Below are positions 36,260 to 45,639 of a stretch of 64,000 bases of DNA, in pieces (positions within the stretch are counted from its first letter, which is position 1; each line of letters starts with the position of its first letter). Source of the stretch: Candidatus Latescibacterota bacterium (lineage in GTDB: Bacteria > Latescibacterota > UBA2968 > UBA8231); the NCBI GenBank assembly GCA_965203175.1, contig OZ241867.1:1696001-1760000 (forward strand), given 5' to 3'. The notes below the pieces were generated by a model. That model did not search any database. It worked only from the letters and a program-made list of their open reading frames with translations, and was not told where the DNA came from. The position numbers and the translations under genes were made by a program.

Positions 36260-37126
36260 TCAAGCGGCGAATGACAGCGATAATCCGTCAAATGCTATTC
36301 TATAACCATGTGCTACGGCATACTCATCCAGTTCGTCGTGCTCTAGGTATCCCTCATGTGAGATGTGAGTCGCGTAAGCCTTTGCGTTGTTCTTGAGAAG
36401 GCCGCTGCGCCGAAAGCGATCGACGTGGCCTATGACGCCAACGGATGCTAGGTGATCCGGCGGACTAGCGTCAAAGCCGATGCCGTACGTGTGATCGAGG
36501 ACGAGCAAATCGAACTGAGTGTCTGCAAGCAGAAGGTGCTCCCATACCTGATCTGATAGAACCGAGGTATCAGTACCGTAAAATATGGCGTGCTGACCCT
36601 GCTCAATTGCGTAGAGCAGACACCCCCTTTCAGTACCGTGGTTCGCGGGATACCCTGTGAAGCGGTAATCGCCGATGACTTGAGTCTTGAACGGCTCGAC
36701 GGTGAGCAGATTAATCTTCAGGGCGTGCTGTGCGTCTTGAGCGAAAATACTTCCGTACCCGCATCTTCTGCCCAAGATCTCATCAATAGACCTCAGCGCA
36801 TCGCTTGAACCTGCTAGCAGCATTTCCTGGGCGACGACCGTTGCGTATTCCTCATGTCTCGACATGAGGAACTCAGGATCAAAGTGGTCTGCGTGGGCAT
36901 GTGTCAATAGGCAGATACTGATGCCAGTTAGAGAAACGTCGTGAGCGAACGACGCGGTCGCTATGTCTGGACCAATATCCACTAGCAGGTCATCGTTGAT
37001 TGCTATGGACGACCGCTTGCGAAGGTTTTTGCCGGCGGCCCGCCTCGCGGCTGAGCACGCCTGACATACGCAGAAAGGTATTGGCATCGACGGCGCGGCT
37101 GATGTTCCGAGAAACGTCACTTGCAA
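36260..37126 (-). CDS. metallo-beta-lactamase-fold hydrolase (PhnP-like)
   Basis: FLGT.A...P.PFC.C..C, LVD.GPD, THAHADH, THISH. Confidence 0.85.
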   Translation of the reverse strand: MQVTFLGTSAAPSMPIPFCVCQACSAARRAAGKNLRKRSSIAINDDLLVDIGPDIATASFAHDVSLTGISICLLTHAHADHFDPEFLMSRHEEYATVVAQEMLLAGSSDALRSIDEILGRRCGYGSIFAQDAQHALKINLLTVEPFKTQVIGDYRFTGYPANHGTERGCLLYAIEQGQHAIFYGTDTSVLSDQVWEHLLLADTQFDLLVLDHTYGIGFDASPPDHLASVGVIGHVDRFRRSGLLKNNAKAYATHISHEGYLEHDELDEYAVAHGYRIAFDGLSLSFAA

Positions 37127-37129
37127 AGC

Positions 37130-37900
37130 TTAGCCGGTCTCCGTCGTAGTGCAGAAGCAAAGCTGATGTCTCGAGTCCGGCCCAAAGGCGTCCCGATCCC
37201 AGCTCCCGAACTTCTCGTTGATTCTCATCCCATTGTACTTTAGCAGGGCATCCAGTTCCTGCGGAAAATACATCCTGAGATTCAGACCGCCAACGACCTC
37301 ATCAGAGTCCTCTTTGTAGTGCTCCATGCGCGCGATCTGAGTGTCTGCTTCATACCTATATGACTGCGTTACTTGCACTTCTTGTCCGGTTTCATCGTCT
37401 GTGTAGCGAGAGAATGGATACCGTCTGCTTGGGTCGCGATTGAGGATCTCCAGCCCAGGGACAAAGACGTCCAAAATGAAGTAACCACCCGGAGCGAGAT
37501 GGCGCTTAACGCAGCGAATGCACTCCTCGAAATCCACTAGGTCGTGCAGATGCCATAGTGCGTTGCTCAGTAGTAAGATTGCTCCATACTGCCTACCGGT
37601 GTCAAAGCGGCGTATATCGTCGTAGATCCAGTTGACCTTCACCTGTCTACCGTCGGCCTTTGACCTGGCAAGGCTAAGCATCGGCTCCGAGTAGTCGATC
37701 CCAGTGACCTCAAGGCCGTGCTCTGCCAAGGGGATTGCTATCCGGCCTGTTCCACAGGCTAGCTCAAGGACCTCTCCGCGGGAGGCGAGCTCAACCAGAA
37801 ACCAATCTGGAAGCGTAGCATACGCGCCGTAGTACTGGTCGTATTTGGCTGGGGCCAGGTAGTCTGCGTCGATTGATTCTACTTTTTTCATTCCAGACAT
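37130..37900 (-). CDS. class I SAM-dependent methyltransferase
   Basis: VLELACGTGRI, GIDYSEPML, HLAPGG. Confidence 0.9.
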   Translation of the reverse strand: MSGMKKVESIDADYLAPAKYDQYYGAYATLPDWFLVELASRGEVLELACGTGRIAIPLAEHGLEVTGIDYSEPMLSLARSKADGRQVKVNWIYDDIRRFDTGRQYGAILLLSNALWHLHDLVDFEECIRCVKRHLAPGGYFILDVFVPGLEILNRDPSRRYPFSRYTDDETGQEVQVTQSYRYEADTQIARMEHYKEDSDEVVGGLNLRMYFPQELDALLKYNGMRINEKFGSWDRDAFGPDSRHQLCFCTTTETG

Positions 37901-37946
37901 GGTTGTGCCGGTTTGCGAACCTACCCGTTCGGAAGGGACTAACCAG

Positions 37947-38660
37947 TTAGATTTTCTCCAATAGCTCCCGGACCTTTTGGTTGCGGGTTACTCCGACGGG
38001 TCGTTGTCCCTGATTATTTTTTGCATTTGGATCAGCCCCTTGCGCTAGCAGAAGTTTCACGCCCTTAATATCCCCCTTTTCCGCAACTCCATGCAGTGCA
38101 GTATTATTTTTAGAGCTTCCGCGTTGATCAACTATAGGGCTATTAACATCGGCTCCATAATCGAGCAGCAGAGCAAGCATACCTGGACACTTGCGGTTAA
38201 AGGAGGTTGCGTGTTTGAGCGCATCCCAAGACACGGTTTGCGTTTCGCTCGGACCACTGCCAGCGATCAGTGCGCCATTCTCCAATAGGAATTTCATACT
38301 ATCTAGGGAACTACCTTCGATAGCAAATATCAACGGCGGGCCGTAGTCTTGAGTGACTCGATTCACGTCCGCGCCATGTTGAACCAGTAGCTCCATAGTT
38401 GCAACACAGCCACCGCGTGTTGCTGCTCGGCAAAGGGGAAAGTTGTGGTTTTCCATAACGTCGCCCCCTTTGCCGATTAGATAAGCGAGGATCTCCGTAT
38501 GACCGCTCACGGCGGCTTGTATCATCGGATAGCCGCTGCGCCCCGCGCTAGGAAGGAGAGGCTCATGGAGAAGGGTAGGTTCTGTCTCGCCGATTTGTTT
38601 GACAGTGGCCAAGTCGCCATTTTCTATCGCTTCTCTGAGCTTATCTCTGCTTTCGGTCAT
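37947..38660 (-). CDS. ankyrin-repeat protein
   Basis: Repeated L..GADVN / TALH..A..G motifs; RBS GGAGG. Confidence 0.88.
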   Translation of the reverse strand: MTESRDKLREAIENGDLATVKQIGETEPTLLHEPLLPSAGRSGYPMIQAAVSGHTEILAYLIGKGGDVMENHNFPLCRAATRGGCVATMELLVQHGADVNRVTQDYGPPLIFAIEGSSLDSMKFLLENGALIAGSGPSETQTVSWDALKHATSFNRKCPGMLALLLDYGADVNSPIVDQRGSSKNNTALHGVAEKGDIKGVKLLLAQGADPNAKNNQGQRPVGVTRNQKVRELLEKI

Positions 38661-38820
38661 CGATATTCCTCCGTTACTCGATGTGTGCAAAAAAGTGAAA
38701 AAACTAGCGTCCTAATACCGATTCCGAAAGCAAGAAGGACTATAGAACCATGTCAAGCAAATCTCCGTCTATCAGGGAAATTTATCCTTACACATCTTGT
38801 TTGGGGTTCGCATAATGTTC

Positions 38821-39780
38821 TCACAATTCAATGGGGTCTATAGAGGCTGCCCGTAATATCTCCTCTCCCATTTTGATTGCTTGCGGTAAATCGCGCATTT
38901 GCTCACTAATAGGCCAATTGGTCATGGGCCCCACATCGTGTTTTTCTAAAATCCTCAGATCTTGGGCTAATCTCCAAGCTTGATTTACAGCCCAAACCAC
39001 TGGAAAAGAATCTACTTCGTTCTTAGTAAGAGGACGTGTTTGGTGGTACCCTTTTAGAACATCGGCGATCTCAAGGGGTGTGAGGGGACGACCGTGCCTC
39101 TTGTCGCTACCCATGAGCCATTTGTTGCGGATCTTTCCTATATCCGATAATTGAGGATCATATTTGCAATTGAAGTCGATGAGCCTTAATGATTGCTCAT
39201 GCCTGAGTACATTGGGGGCACGTACATCTCCGTGAACGAGTCCAAAGCGAACCCGAAAATTTCGGTGATCGTTGCGAATTTGGGAACGAAGTACCCGTAC
39301 ATGTTCGTCATGGTGTCGCTCGGCAGCCCATGTCTCGGCTTTTCGCAGGGTAAGATCAATCCAGTCACCTAGCGGTAGAATTTGCCCCGGCATGTGTTCA
39401 AATTCGTGCATGACAGAATACAACTTGCCCAAAGTACGGCCTACATCAAATAAGACATCTAAATCTGCACTGGAACATCCATCACCGGGCAGTTCCTGTT
39501 CCACCGACAGCGTCTTCTGACCCAGCGCGATGGAGAGATCGCCGTTGGAAGTTGGGATGATGGCTGGTACAGGACATCCAGCAGCATGTAATCCATCGAC
39601 GAGTTCTACGAGCTGGACACTCGTCAGACCGTCACGAGGAAAACCAATGCGTGCGATACCGCATCCCTCTATCCGAAATATCCGAGGCGATAGCCATGGA
39701 GAAACTGCTTCGGGTGCGATGCCCCAATGCCTGCTAAGGGCATCAGCTACGGCCTCTTGTGATGGGAATTCAACCAATGC
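38821..39780 (-). CDS. aminoglycoside phosphotransferase/homoserine kinase type II-like protein (start uncertain)
   Basis: HGDVRAPNVL and LIDF kinase motifs. Confidence 0.82.
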   Translation of the reverse strand, partial: ALVEFPSQEAVADALSRHWGIAPEAVSPWLSPRIFRIEGCGIARIGFPRDGLTSVQLVELVDGLHAAGCPVPAIIPTSNGDLSIALGQKTLSVEQELPGDGCSSADLDVLFDVGRTLGKLYSVMHEFEHMPGQILPLGDWIDLTLRKAETWAAERHHDEHVRVLRSQIRNDHRNFRVRFGLVHGDVRAPNVLRHEQSLRLIDFNCKYDPQLSDIGKIRNKWLMGSDKRHGRPLTPLEIADVLKGYHQTRPLTKNEVDSFPVVWAVNQAWRLAQDLRILEKHDVGPMTNWPISEQMRDLPQAIKMGEEILRAASIDPIEL

Positions 39781-39823
39781 TGTGCTCTTCGAGATGAAAC
39801 CTGCTGGCGATCTTTGGCGATCT

Positions 39824-40342
39824 TTATAAGGTAGACAAGTCGCGCCGGAAGCGGATTTGTCGTCCTTCATCTCGGACGCCACCATCGCGGCTCCACCCCA
39901 TGGCCTCGTAGAAAGCGATTCCGCGCTCGTAGCCTTCCACGGTCCACACTACTGCCCCATTATACCCGTCCGCAACCAGATAACGCAAAGCGACAGACAT
40001 CAATGCCTTGCCAATACCTGTGCGCCAGTGCGACGGATAGACAGCGATAGTATCAAGTTCGCCGAGGCGTGAATCCACTGGATCCCGGCTGGGACCAATG
40101 CCGACGAACCCTGCAATTGAACCCATACGCTCAGCTACCCACCAACGATGTGGGACCGGCTGAGCAAGATCATGGCACCAGCGTTCAATAAGAGCTGGCG
40201 TCACAGTTCTATCGGCCTGCGATAGCAGTGCGCCAAATCCAGCGTTCCACGAATCGATGTAAATCTGCACCACAGTCTCGGCGTCAGCAGGCGTAGCGGA
40301 TCGGATCGTTGGTGGCACTTCTCGTGTCCCGTCTAGTTTCAT
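39824..40342 (-). CDS. GNAT N-acetyltransferase
   Basis: IRSATPAD, V.P..W..GIGKALM, FYEAMGW. Confidence 0.88.
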   Translation of the reverse strand: MKLDGTREVPPTIRSATPADAETVVQIYIDSWNAGFGALLSQADRTVTPALIERWCHDLAQPVPHRWWVAERMGSIAGFVGIGPSRDPVDSRLGELDTIAVYPSHWRTGIGKALMSVALRYLVADGYNGAVVWTVEGYERGIAFYEAMGWSRDGGVRDEGRQIRFRRDLSTL

Positions 40343-41208
40343 CTATGTGCCGTAGCCCTTGGGATCTGCCAATCCGTGCTAAATCCAGTCTGCTTTAGTA
40401 TTTCGATTCCTTTCTCGAGGTGCAATCCAACCCCTGCGACCCCATGTGAATCATCTCCTGGGACGCAAGGGACGCCGAGATCCAGTGCCATTTCCAAGAT
40501 AGATCTGGATACGTAAGGTTCAGATCCACCCTTTTCGAGGGCCCTGAGATTGAAATCGAGAATTGACCCAAGGTCTTTGATCTTCTTGAGGTTCCTCCGG
40601 ATTCTCTCCTTGATTTTGGGGGTCTCTAAGCGCTGACGATAGTCCCTATCGTGCATTCGAATGAGGTCAAAGTGGCCGACTACTTCAGGCTCAAGTTTCT
40701 CTAGTAGTTCGTATTGTTGGTCGAAGTATTCACAGAATAGCTCATCGATTCCTCCAGCCTCTTCTACGGCCTGGGCATACCACTCTGGCGGACCATCGAT
40801 ACATATGTCTCTCACGTGATGGACCGAGCCAACAATGTAGTCTGGTTGAAATTGATTCCGCAGACTGTTGACGTGTGCTACGTAGCCGGTGTAACTCTCT
40901 GTTTCGAATCCGACTAAGATGCGAATAGAATCTCGATATTCCCTCTGGAGCCTGCGTGCGACCGAGAAGTATTCGGTGAACTGTTCCATCCTCGATTCAA
41001 GCGTCTGGCTCGCCTCAATCTCCCAGGGAAACAGGAAGTCGGCTGAAGCTGGCGGGATGTGCTCGGTAATGCCCACCCATTCGAAACCCTTGTCAACGTA
41101 GGCGCGCACGACCTCCGCAAGCGTGGAATCATTTGCATCGCCGAATTCTTTGCTGTGTCCACCGTGGACGGATACGCGCGCTGCCGAAGTGGTGTTTGGT
41201 ACCGTCAC
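40339..41208 (-). CDS. PHP-family histidinol-phosphatase (HisJ-like)
   Basis: HGGHS, GITEH, GSVH, GHFDL, GDDSH. Confidence 0.88.
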   Translation of the reverse strand: MTVPNTTSAARVSVHGGHSKEFGDANDSTLAEVVRAYVDKGFEWVGITEHIPPASADFLFPWEIEASQTLESRMEQFTEYFSVARRLQREYRDSIRILVGFETESYTGYVAHVNSLRNQFQPDYIVGSVHHVRDICIDGPPEWYAQAVEEAGGIDELFCEYFDQQYELLEKLEPEVVGHFDLIRMHDRDYRQRLETPKIKERIRRNLKKIKDLGSILDFNLRALEKGGSEPYVSRSILEMALDLGVPCVPGDDSHGVAGVGLHLEKGIEILKQTGFSTDWQIPRATAHR

Positions 41209-41307
41209 GCTAAGCTCTCCTTATCGTTAAGTGGGATAGATCCGCCAAGACTAGGGCGAGAAGACAAAATTATCAGAAACGGATCAGCATAGCTGTCATA
41301 GCCAATA

Positions 41308-41679
41308 TCAAACCTCCACATTGGCATAGAAATTGACGATGTTCCTATCCGGATCGCGAAACCAAACGGACCGGCGTCCCCACGGTTGAGTTGTCGGCGG
41401 TTTGACAATCTCAACATTCATGGCCTGCAAACGCTCAAATTCCTGGTCGACGTCTTCTACCTCAAACTCAATAGTATAGCTGCCATATCCGGCCCCCTTC
41501 AGGCTTCCATGAGCCATCTCCTCCATGTGTTCTGAGGAGAAGATGGACAACTCTGCACCCTCCGTTGGAATGATCTTAAATACATCCCCTTCTTCTGGTT
41601 CGAGTTTTAGTATCTCTCTGTAGAAAGCGCACAGTCTGGGTACATTCTGCGTTACTATACAAATGCCATTGAACCGCAT
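41308..41679 (-). CDS. VOC/glyoxalase-family protein
   Basis: F.VEDVD, PWG.R..WFRDPD.N. Confidence 0.9.
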   Translation of the reverse strand: MRFNGICIVTQNVPRLCAFYREILKLEPEEGDVFKIIPTEGAELSIFSSEHMEEMAHGSLKGAGYGSYTIEFEVEDVDQEFERLQAMNVEIVKPPTTQPWGRRSVWFRDPDRNIVNFYANVEV

Positions 41680-41903
41680 GAGAAACCTCCAGAAGTCTCA
41701 GTGAATTTTTTGGACGGCGCAGCGACAACATATTGTTACCGGATATGAGACCACAATTATCCGACATTCTCACTCTCCCTGAACGGTATCACGATCACTT
41801 GTAGTGGCTGCCTTGCCATGCTAACTCTTCAGTATGCATGGAACGCCGTCCTTCCGGACGCTATTCCATGGTCCATGAACACTCGGATCGAAATAGGCTT
41901 CTC

Positions 41904-42422
41904 TCACGATTCCACGGATTGACCTAATACATTCAGCCGCTCCTTAATCATCGATACGCTCGCTTCTACTGTTTGTTTGGCGGTATCAACAAGGATAGCT
42001 CCAGCCCAGGGTTCGAATGTTCTGTCCAGAACTTGCTGCCAGTTGGGTAGTTTGTGACCGGGGATATCCGCGACCCGCGACTCGACCCTGTTCCGGTGTT
42101 CACTTTCATCGCTGCAAACAATCTGAATCTCAACTAGGCGGATGGCTAGGCGTTTCGCCAAGTTTCGCCAATAGTCTCGAGTCAGCTCAATTGGGTTGAC
42201 TGCGTCTACGATGACGATCCGACCCTGTCTCAGGTTGTCTTCCGCCAAAGAGCAGGCTACCAAATATCCCTCGGGACCTGCTACTGTCTGACCCGCGTTT
42301 CTCATGGTCTGCTCAATAGTGTCTATTCGCAGGTAAACAACACCCATCTCTCGGGCCAGACAAGCCGCCAGTGTGGATTTGCCAGTGGCGGGAAGGCCGC
42401 CAAATACGATGAGCGATTGCAT
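41904..42422 (-). CDS. AAA_33-type P-loop kinase
   Basis: GGLPATGKSTLA, RIDTIEQ, VDAVN. Confidence 0.88.
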   Translation of the reverse strand: MQSLIVFGGLPATGKSTLAACLAREMGVVYLRIDTIEQTMRNAGQTVAGPEGYLVACSLAEDNLRQGRIVIVDAVNPIELTRDYWRNLAKRLAIRLVEIQIVCSDESEHRNRVESRVADIPGHKLPNWQQVLDRTFEPWAGAILVDTAKQTVEASVSMIKERLNVLGQSVES

Positions 42423-42562
42423 CCTCGCACTAGGATGGAATGATTTACACATATTATTGTTGCGATTAGCCATCTTCCACAAAATCGGAGGAGCGAGCCA
42501 GCGATTCGACTAGCTGAGCCAGCGTCAGTCCGTCTGGTCCATCCCATCGCTCGGTCTGATTT

Positions 42563-43102
42563 CTAATCTGCTCGGCTAAATGACTCCTTATGGCGAATTC
42601 TCAGGATGGCAACAAGAATGTCCTGTATGTTGTCTGGATCTTTGAACGTCCAGCCGTCACTCCGTTCGCCCTCATCTTCGCGTCCAGCATAGGTGAAAAA
42701 CACCTGATTCAGCTTTGTCGGGTCGAGTAGGAGAATGAGATCAATTGGGGTGCACGTGCGGTATCGATAGGAGGTCCACACAAAACTCTCGAGCATGGGA
42801 ATCTGGTCGCCGACGTGGTAATCGAAGCAGAAGAGATCGATGTGCTTGCCTTCGTTGTTCTCGTAGCGGTCGCCGGGACGGTTCGGGTCGTAGCGGTCGT
42901 GTCCTATAGACTGAATGATATCGATCATTTCACCGACGGACTTGTCGGGGTGGTCCGCGAGGGTGATGCAGCGGACACCGAGGTACTGACCCATGAAGAG
43001 TCGCTTGATCTCGTCGTCTATCTTCGCACCGATCGCAACGTGGTCCGGCTCGGAGTCATGGTGATACTCGGGAAGATGGATTTCGTATACGGGCTTCTTC
43101 AT
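42563..43102 (-). CDS. hypothetical protein
   Basis: Full ORF in the operonic array with consistent codon bias; no motif recognised. Confidence 0.7.
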   Translation of the reverse strand: MKKPVYEIHLPEYHHDSEPDHVAIGAKIDDEIKRLFMGQYLGVRCITLADHPDKSVGEMIDIIQSIGHDRYDPNRPGDRYENNEGKHIDLFCFDYHVGDQIPMLESFVWTSYRYRTCTPIDLILLLDPTKLNQVFFTYAGREDEGERSDGWTFKDPDNIQDILVAILRIRHKESFSRAD

Positions 43103-43111
43103 TTCACTTGT

Positions 43112-43540
43112 TCAATCAAGTCTTAATTCCGATTCTACCCTGACAAGACTCTCCTTATCTGCCCTCAAATGCGACGAGCCAAACTGTAAATTCTCTGGAT
43201 TCAGAATGTAGCGGGCAGACGTAATGTCCATCTTCTCGTGCATCGGAAAAACATGGGCATGGGTATGAGGCACATCACTTCCAGCGAAGAGAAAGGCAAC
43301 GCGGTCAACCTTGTAGATGGCCTTCATTCTCTTCGCAAGTCGTTGACCAAGTGCCATTATTCTTGCCGCGAGGTCAGAAGGCATTTCTTCAAACGACTCG
43401 ATATGGCATTTTGGGATGATCAGACAGTGACCTTTTCGAATAGGCCTAGTGTCTAAGAACGCTACAATGTCCGAATCCTCCCATACGATCACTGCACTCG
43501 CGCTTTTGTTAGCTATATTGCAAAACGGACATACAGTCAT
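43112..43540 (-). CDS. HIT-family protein
   Basis: CPFC, FLD.RP...GH.L.IPK.H, HTHAH. Confidence 0.9.
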   Translation of the reverse strand: MTVCPFCNIANKSASAVIVWEDSDIVAFLDTRPIRKGHCLIIPKCHIESFEEMPSDLAARIMALGQRLAKRMKAIYKVDRVAFLFAGSDVPHTHAHVFPMHEKMDITSARYILNPENLQFGSSHLRADKESLVRVESELRLD

Positions 43541-43557
43541 ATGCTTCTCACAAAAAT

Positions 43558-44001
43558 CTAGCGCTTCTTCATCGAAGTGAAATAGGGTGTAAAACCAATG
43601 CGGCCCCAAAACTTTTGGCCGTCTGAATTGGTTGCGAGAACATCCACCGTAACCTCGCGATCCCCAAACCGTTCATTGGTAAGAAGCTCATAGGCCGCGG
43701 TACCTATCCCCCGTCGTCTCATTGGACGGTCGATGTAGAACTGACGCAGATATACGACCTCTTGGTCGGGGTAATAGTAGTCCTGCTGTACTATGTAAAC
43801 TGCGTACCCAAGGATGGCACCCTCGGAATCCGCAAAGATGTCAACGTTCCACTCATCGCCCCTCAGCCAGTCTCTAAAACGGTCCTCATATTCTGAGGCT
43901 GTATATGGGTTTCTGCTCCCCTGATCTACCACGAGCCGCTTATTTAGCGTTGCCAGCTCGGTTAGATCATCCTCGGTTGCTTGTCGCAGAACAATCTCCA
44001 C
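43558..44001 (-). CDS. GNAT N-acetyltransferase
   Basis: LRQAT, RRRGIG, N..G.KFW..IGF. Confidence 0.88.
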   Translation of the reverse strand: MEIVLRQATEDDLTELATLNKRLVVDQGSRNPYTASEYEDRFRDWLRGDEWNVDIFADSEGAILGYAVYIVQQDYYYPDQEVVYLRQFYIDRPMRRRGIGTAAYELLTNERFGDREVTVDVLATNSDGQKFWGRIGFTPYFTSMKKR

Positions 44002-44050
44002 GGCTAGACCTCCCTCATAAAATTAAAAAAAGCTAGCTTGCAAAAATGAG

Positions 44051-44530
44051 TTATTGTGCGATTGGACGATTTTCAATATTCGATATCTCTCTGATTTTCT
44101 GTCGGATAGGTTCCGCCATGGTTGATAGGTCCGAATCGGCAACAGCCTGTTTTCCAGTTAGTGAAGGGAAAACGTACTTAATGCGATCCATAACGGACTT
44201 ACATGGAAATACGTGTACATGCAAATGAAATATTTCTTGTCCCGCACTTTTGCCATTTGCTATCCAGAGTCGGATGCCAGAGCAAGGTATAACTTCCTTA
44301 GATGCTCTCGCAATTAGATGAGTAACTTGCATCAAGGGAGCACATAGATCATTGGGCAAACTCCATATATTTTCGTAGTGCTCTCGGGGAATTACGAGGG
44401 CATGGCCGCCTACAGAAGATTGCCTAAATCGATCTAAAAAGCAGATTACGCGATCATCTTCGTAGAGAATTTCTTCCGGCTTTTTCTTGGCGACAATCTG
44501 ACAGAAGATGCAATTAGGATCTGAATTCAC
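44051..44530 (-). CDS. HIT-family protein
   Basis: CIFC, GH.LVIP..H, NG..AGQEIFHLHVH. Confidence 0.9.
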   Translation of the reverse strand: MNSDPNCIFCQIVAKKKPEEILYEDDRVICFLDRFRQSSVGGHALVIPREHYENIWSLPNDLCAPLMQVTHLIARASKEVIPCSGIRLWIANGKSAGQEIFHLHVHVFPCKSVMDRIKYVFPSLTGKQAVADSDLSTMAEPIRQKIREISNIENRPIAQ

Positions 44531-44577
44531 CGCAAGCGTCCTCTAATTTGAGTTAGGTTCGCCGCCGTGTTGAGCAT

Positions 44578-45384
44578 TCATTGGCTGAGGCACACCTGTT
44601 GCTGAGTGGCGATTTTCTTTTCATGGGCATAGCGCGCCGTTTCGACCAACTCGAACGTTTCGGGTGCCAGCCGCTCTTTGACCGCCTCCGGAATCGGGCC
44701 GGCTTGGCGGTAGTGTGGCCGGTAGCGCAGCGTCAGCACCCGGCGCTGGCGGTCGGGGGCTCGCCAGGGCAGAACCCCGTGGGTTACGCATTCGGGCATG
44801 ATCACCACGTCCCCGGCCGCAGGCGTGATATTGACGACCTCCAGCGGTACCTCCCCTTCGATGCGACCCTGATTAAATAGCTGCGGCGGCCGGTCGAACT
44901 CACTTTTGTGCGACCCCGGCACCAATAGTAGCCCGCCATCACCGGGATGCACATCGTCCAGGTAGGGAAACACCGCAAAGTCGTCGCAGTAAATACGGCC
45001 CCGGTGCACGTCGTAACGGGCGCTCTCAAAGCCGTAGTCGTCGCGGGCACAGTGCAGTTCTACCGACTCGGTGTGTCCGTCGGGAGAATCGACCATCATA
45101 GTACCGCTGGCGAGCATGGGTTTGCCGTTGGTCAGCTCCAGCACGATGGGCCAGACAGCCGGCAGAAAGACCAGCTTTTCCAGCGCTCGGTCGAAGGCGA
45201 AGCCGTGAGCAAAGCCCTTGAGGTTTTCCGATCGTCCGAAATGCGGCGGCAGATCTTCCGGTGCGCTGTCGATGTAGCGATTAGCGGCATCCGCAGCCGC
45301 ATCCAGTTCCTCCGGGGTCAAGACGTTCTTCAGGTGTAGAAAACCGCATAGATCAAAAAGATAGCGTTGTTCTTCGGTCATCAT
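44578..45384 (-). CDS. PhyH-like Fe(II)/2OG dioxygenase with an atypical HxA motif
   Basis: EQRYLFD..GFL.L..VL, GG...VPGSH, AGDV...E...HG, RR. Confidence 0.85.
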   Translation of the reverse strand: MMTEEQRYLFDLCGFLHLKNVLTPEELDAAADAANRYIDSAPEDLPPHFGRSENLKGFAHGFAFDRALEKLVFLPAVWPIVLELTNGKPMLASGTMMVDSPDGHTESVELHCARDDYGFESARYDVHRGRIYCDDFAVFPYLDDVHPGDGGLLLVPGSHKSEFDRPPQLFNQGRIEGEVPLEVVNITPAAGDVVIMPECVTHGVLPWRAPDRQRRVLTLRYRPHYRQAGPIPEAVKERLAPETFELVETARYAHEKKIATQQQVCLSQ

Positions 45385-45639
45385 CGCCAGCCAGCCTTTC
45401 GTTAGAATAGCGAATTGGGCACCATTAGAATCAAAGAGTTTGCGAGGACAATCGCAACCGAACCCGCGAGGTTGAATCATTCTACGTAACTCCTTGTAAT
45501 AAATTGAGATAGACCGATTTTTCTAAAATCTGACGCGCCTAGCGCCGCAGCGCAAATTTCGCGTCGCCTCAACAATACTTATTATGCTACGTCACAGGGA
45601 GATCCGTTCCTAGGATCCGGACTACGCACAGAATAAAAC

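Noticed and set aside
37930-37955. ATCTAAC overlapping a stop codon followed by GTTAG (attC-like cores); also ACCTAAC near 44552
   Set aside because: The cores are only 2 bp apart or unpaired, with no L boxes or stem; too short for attC and expected by chance.
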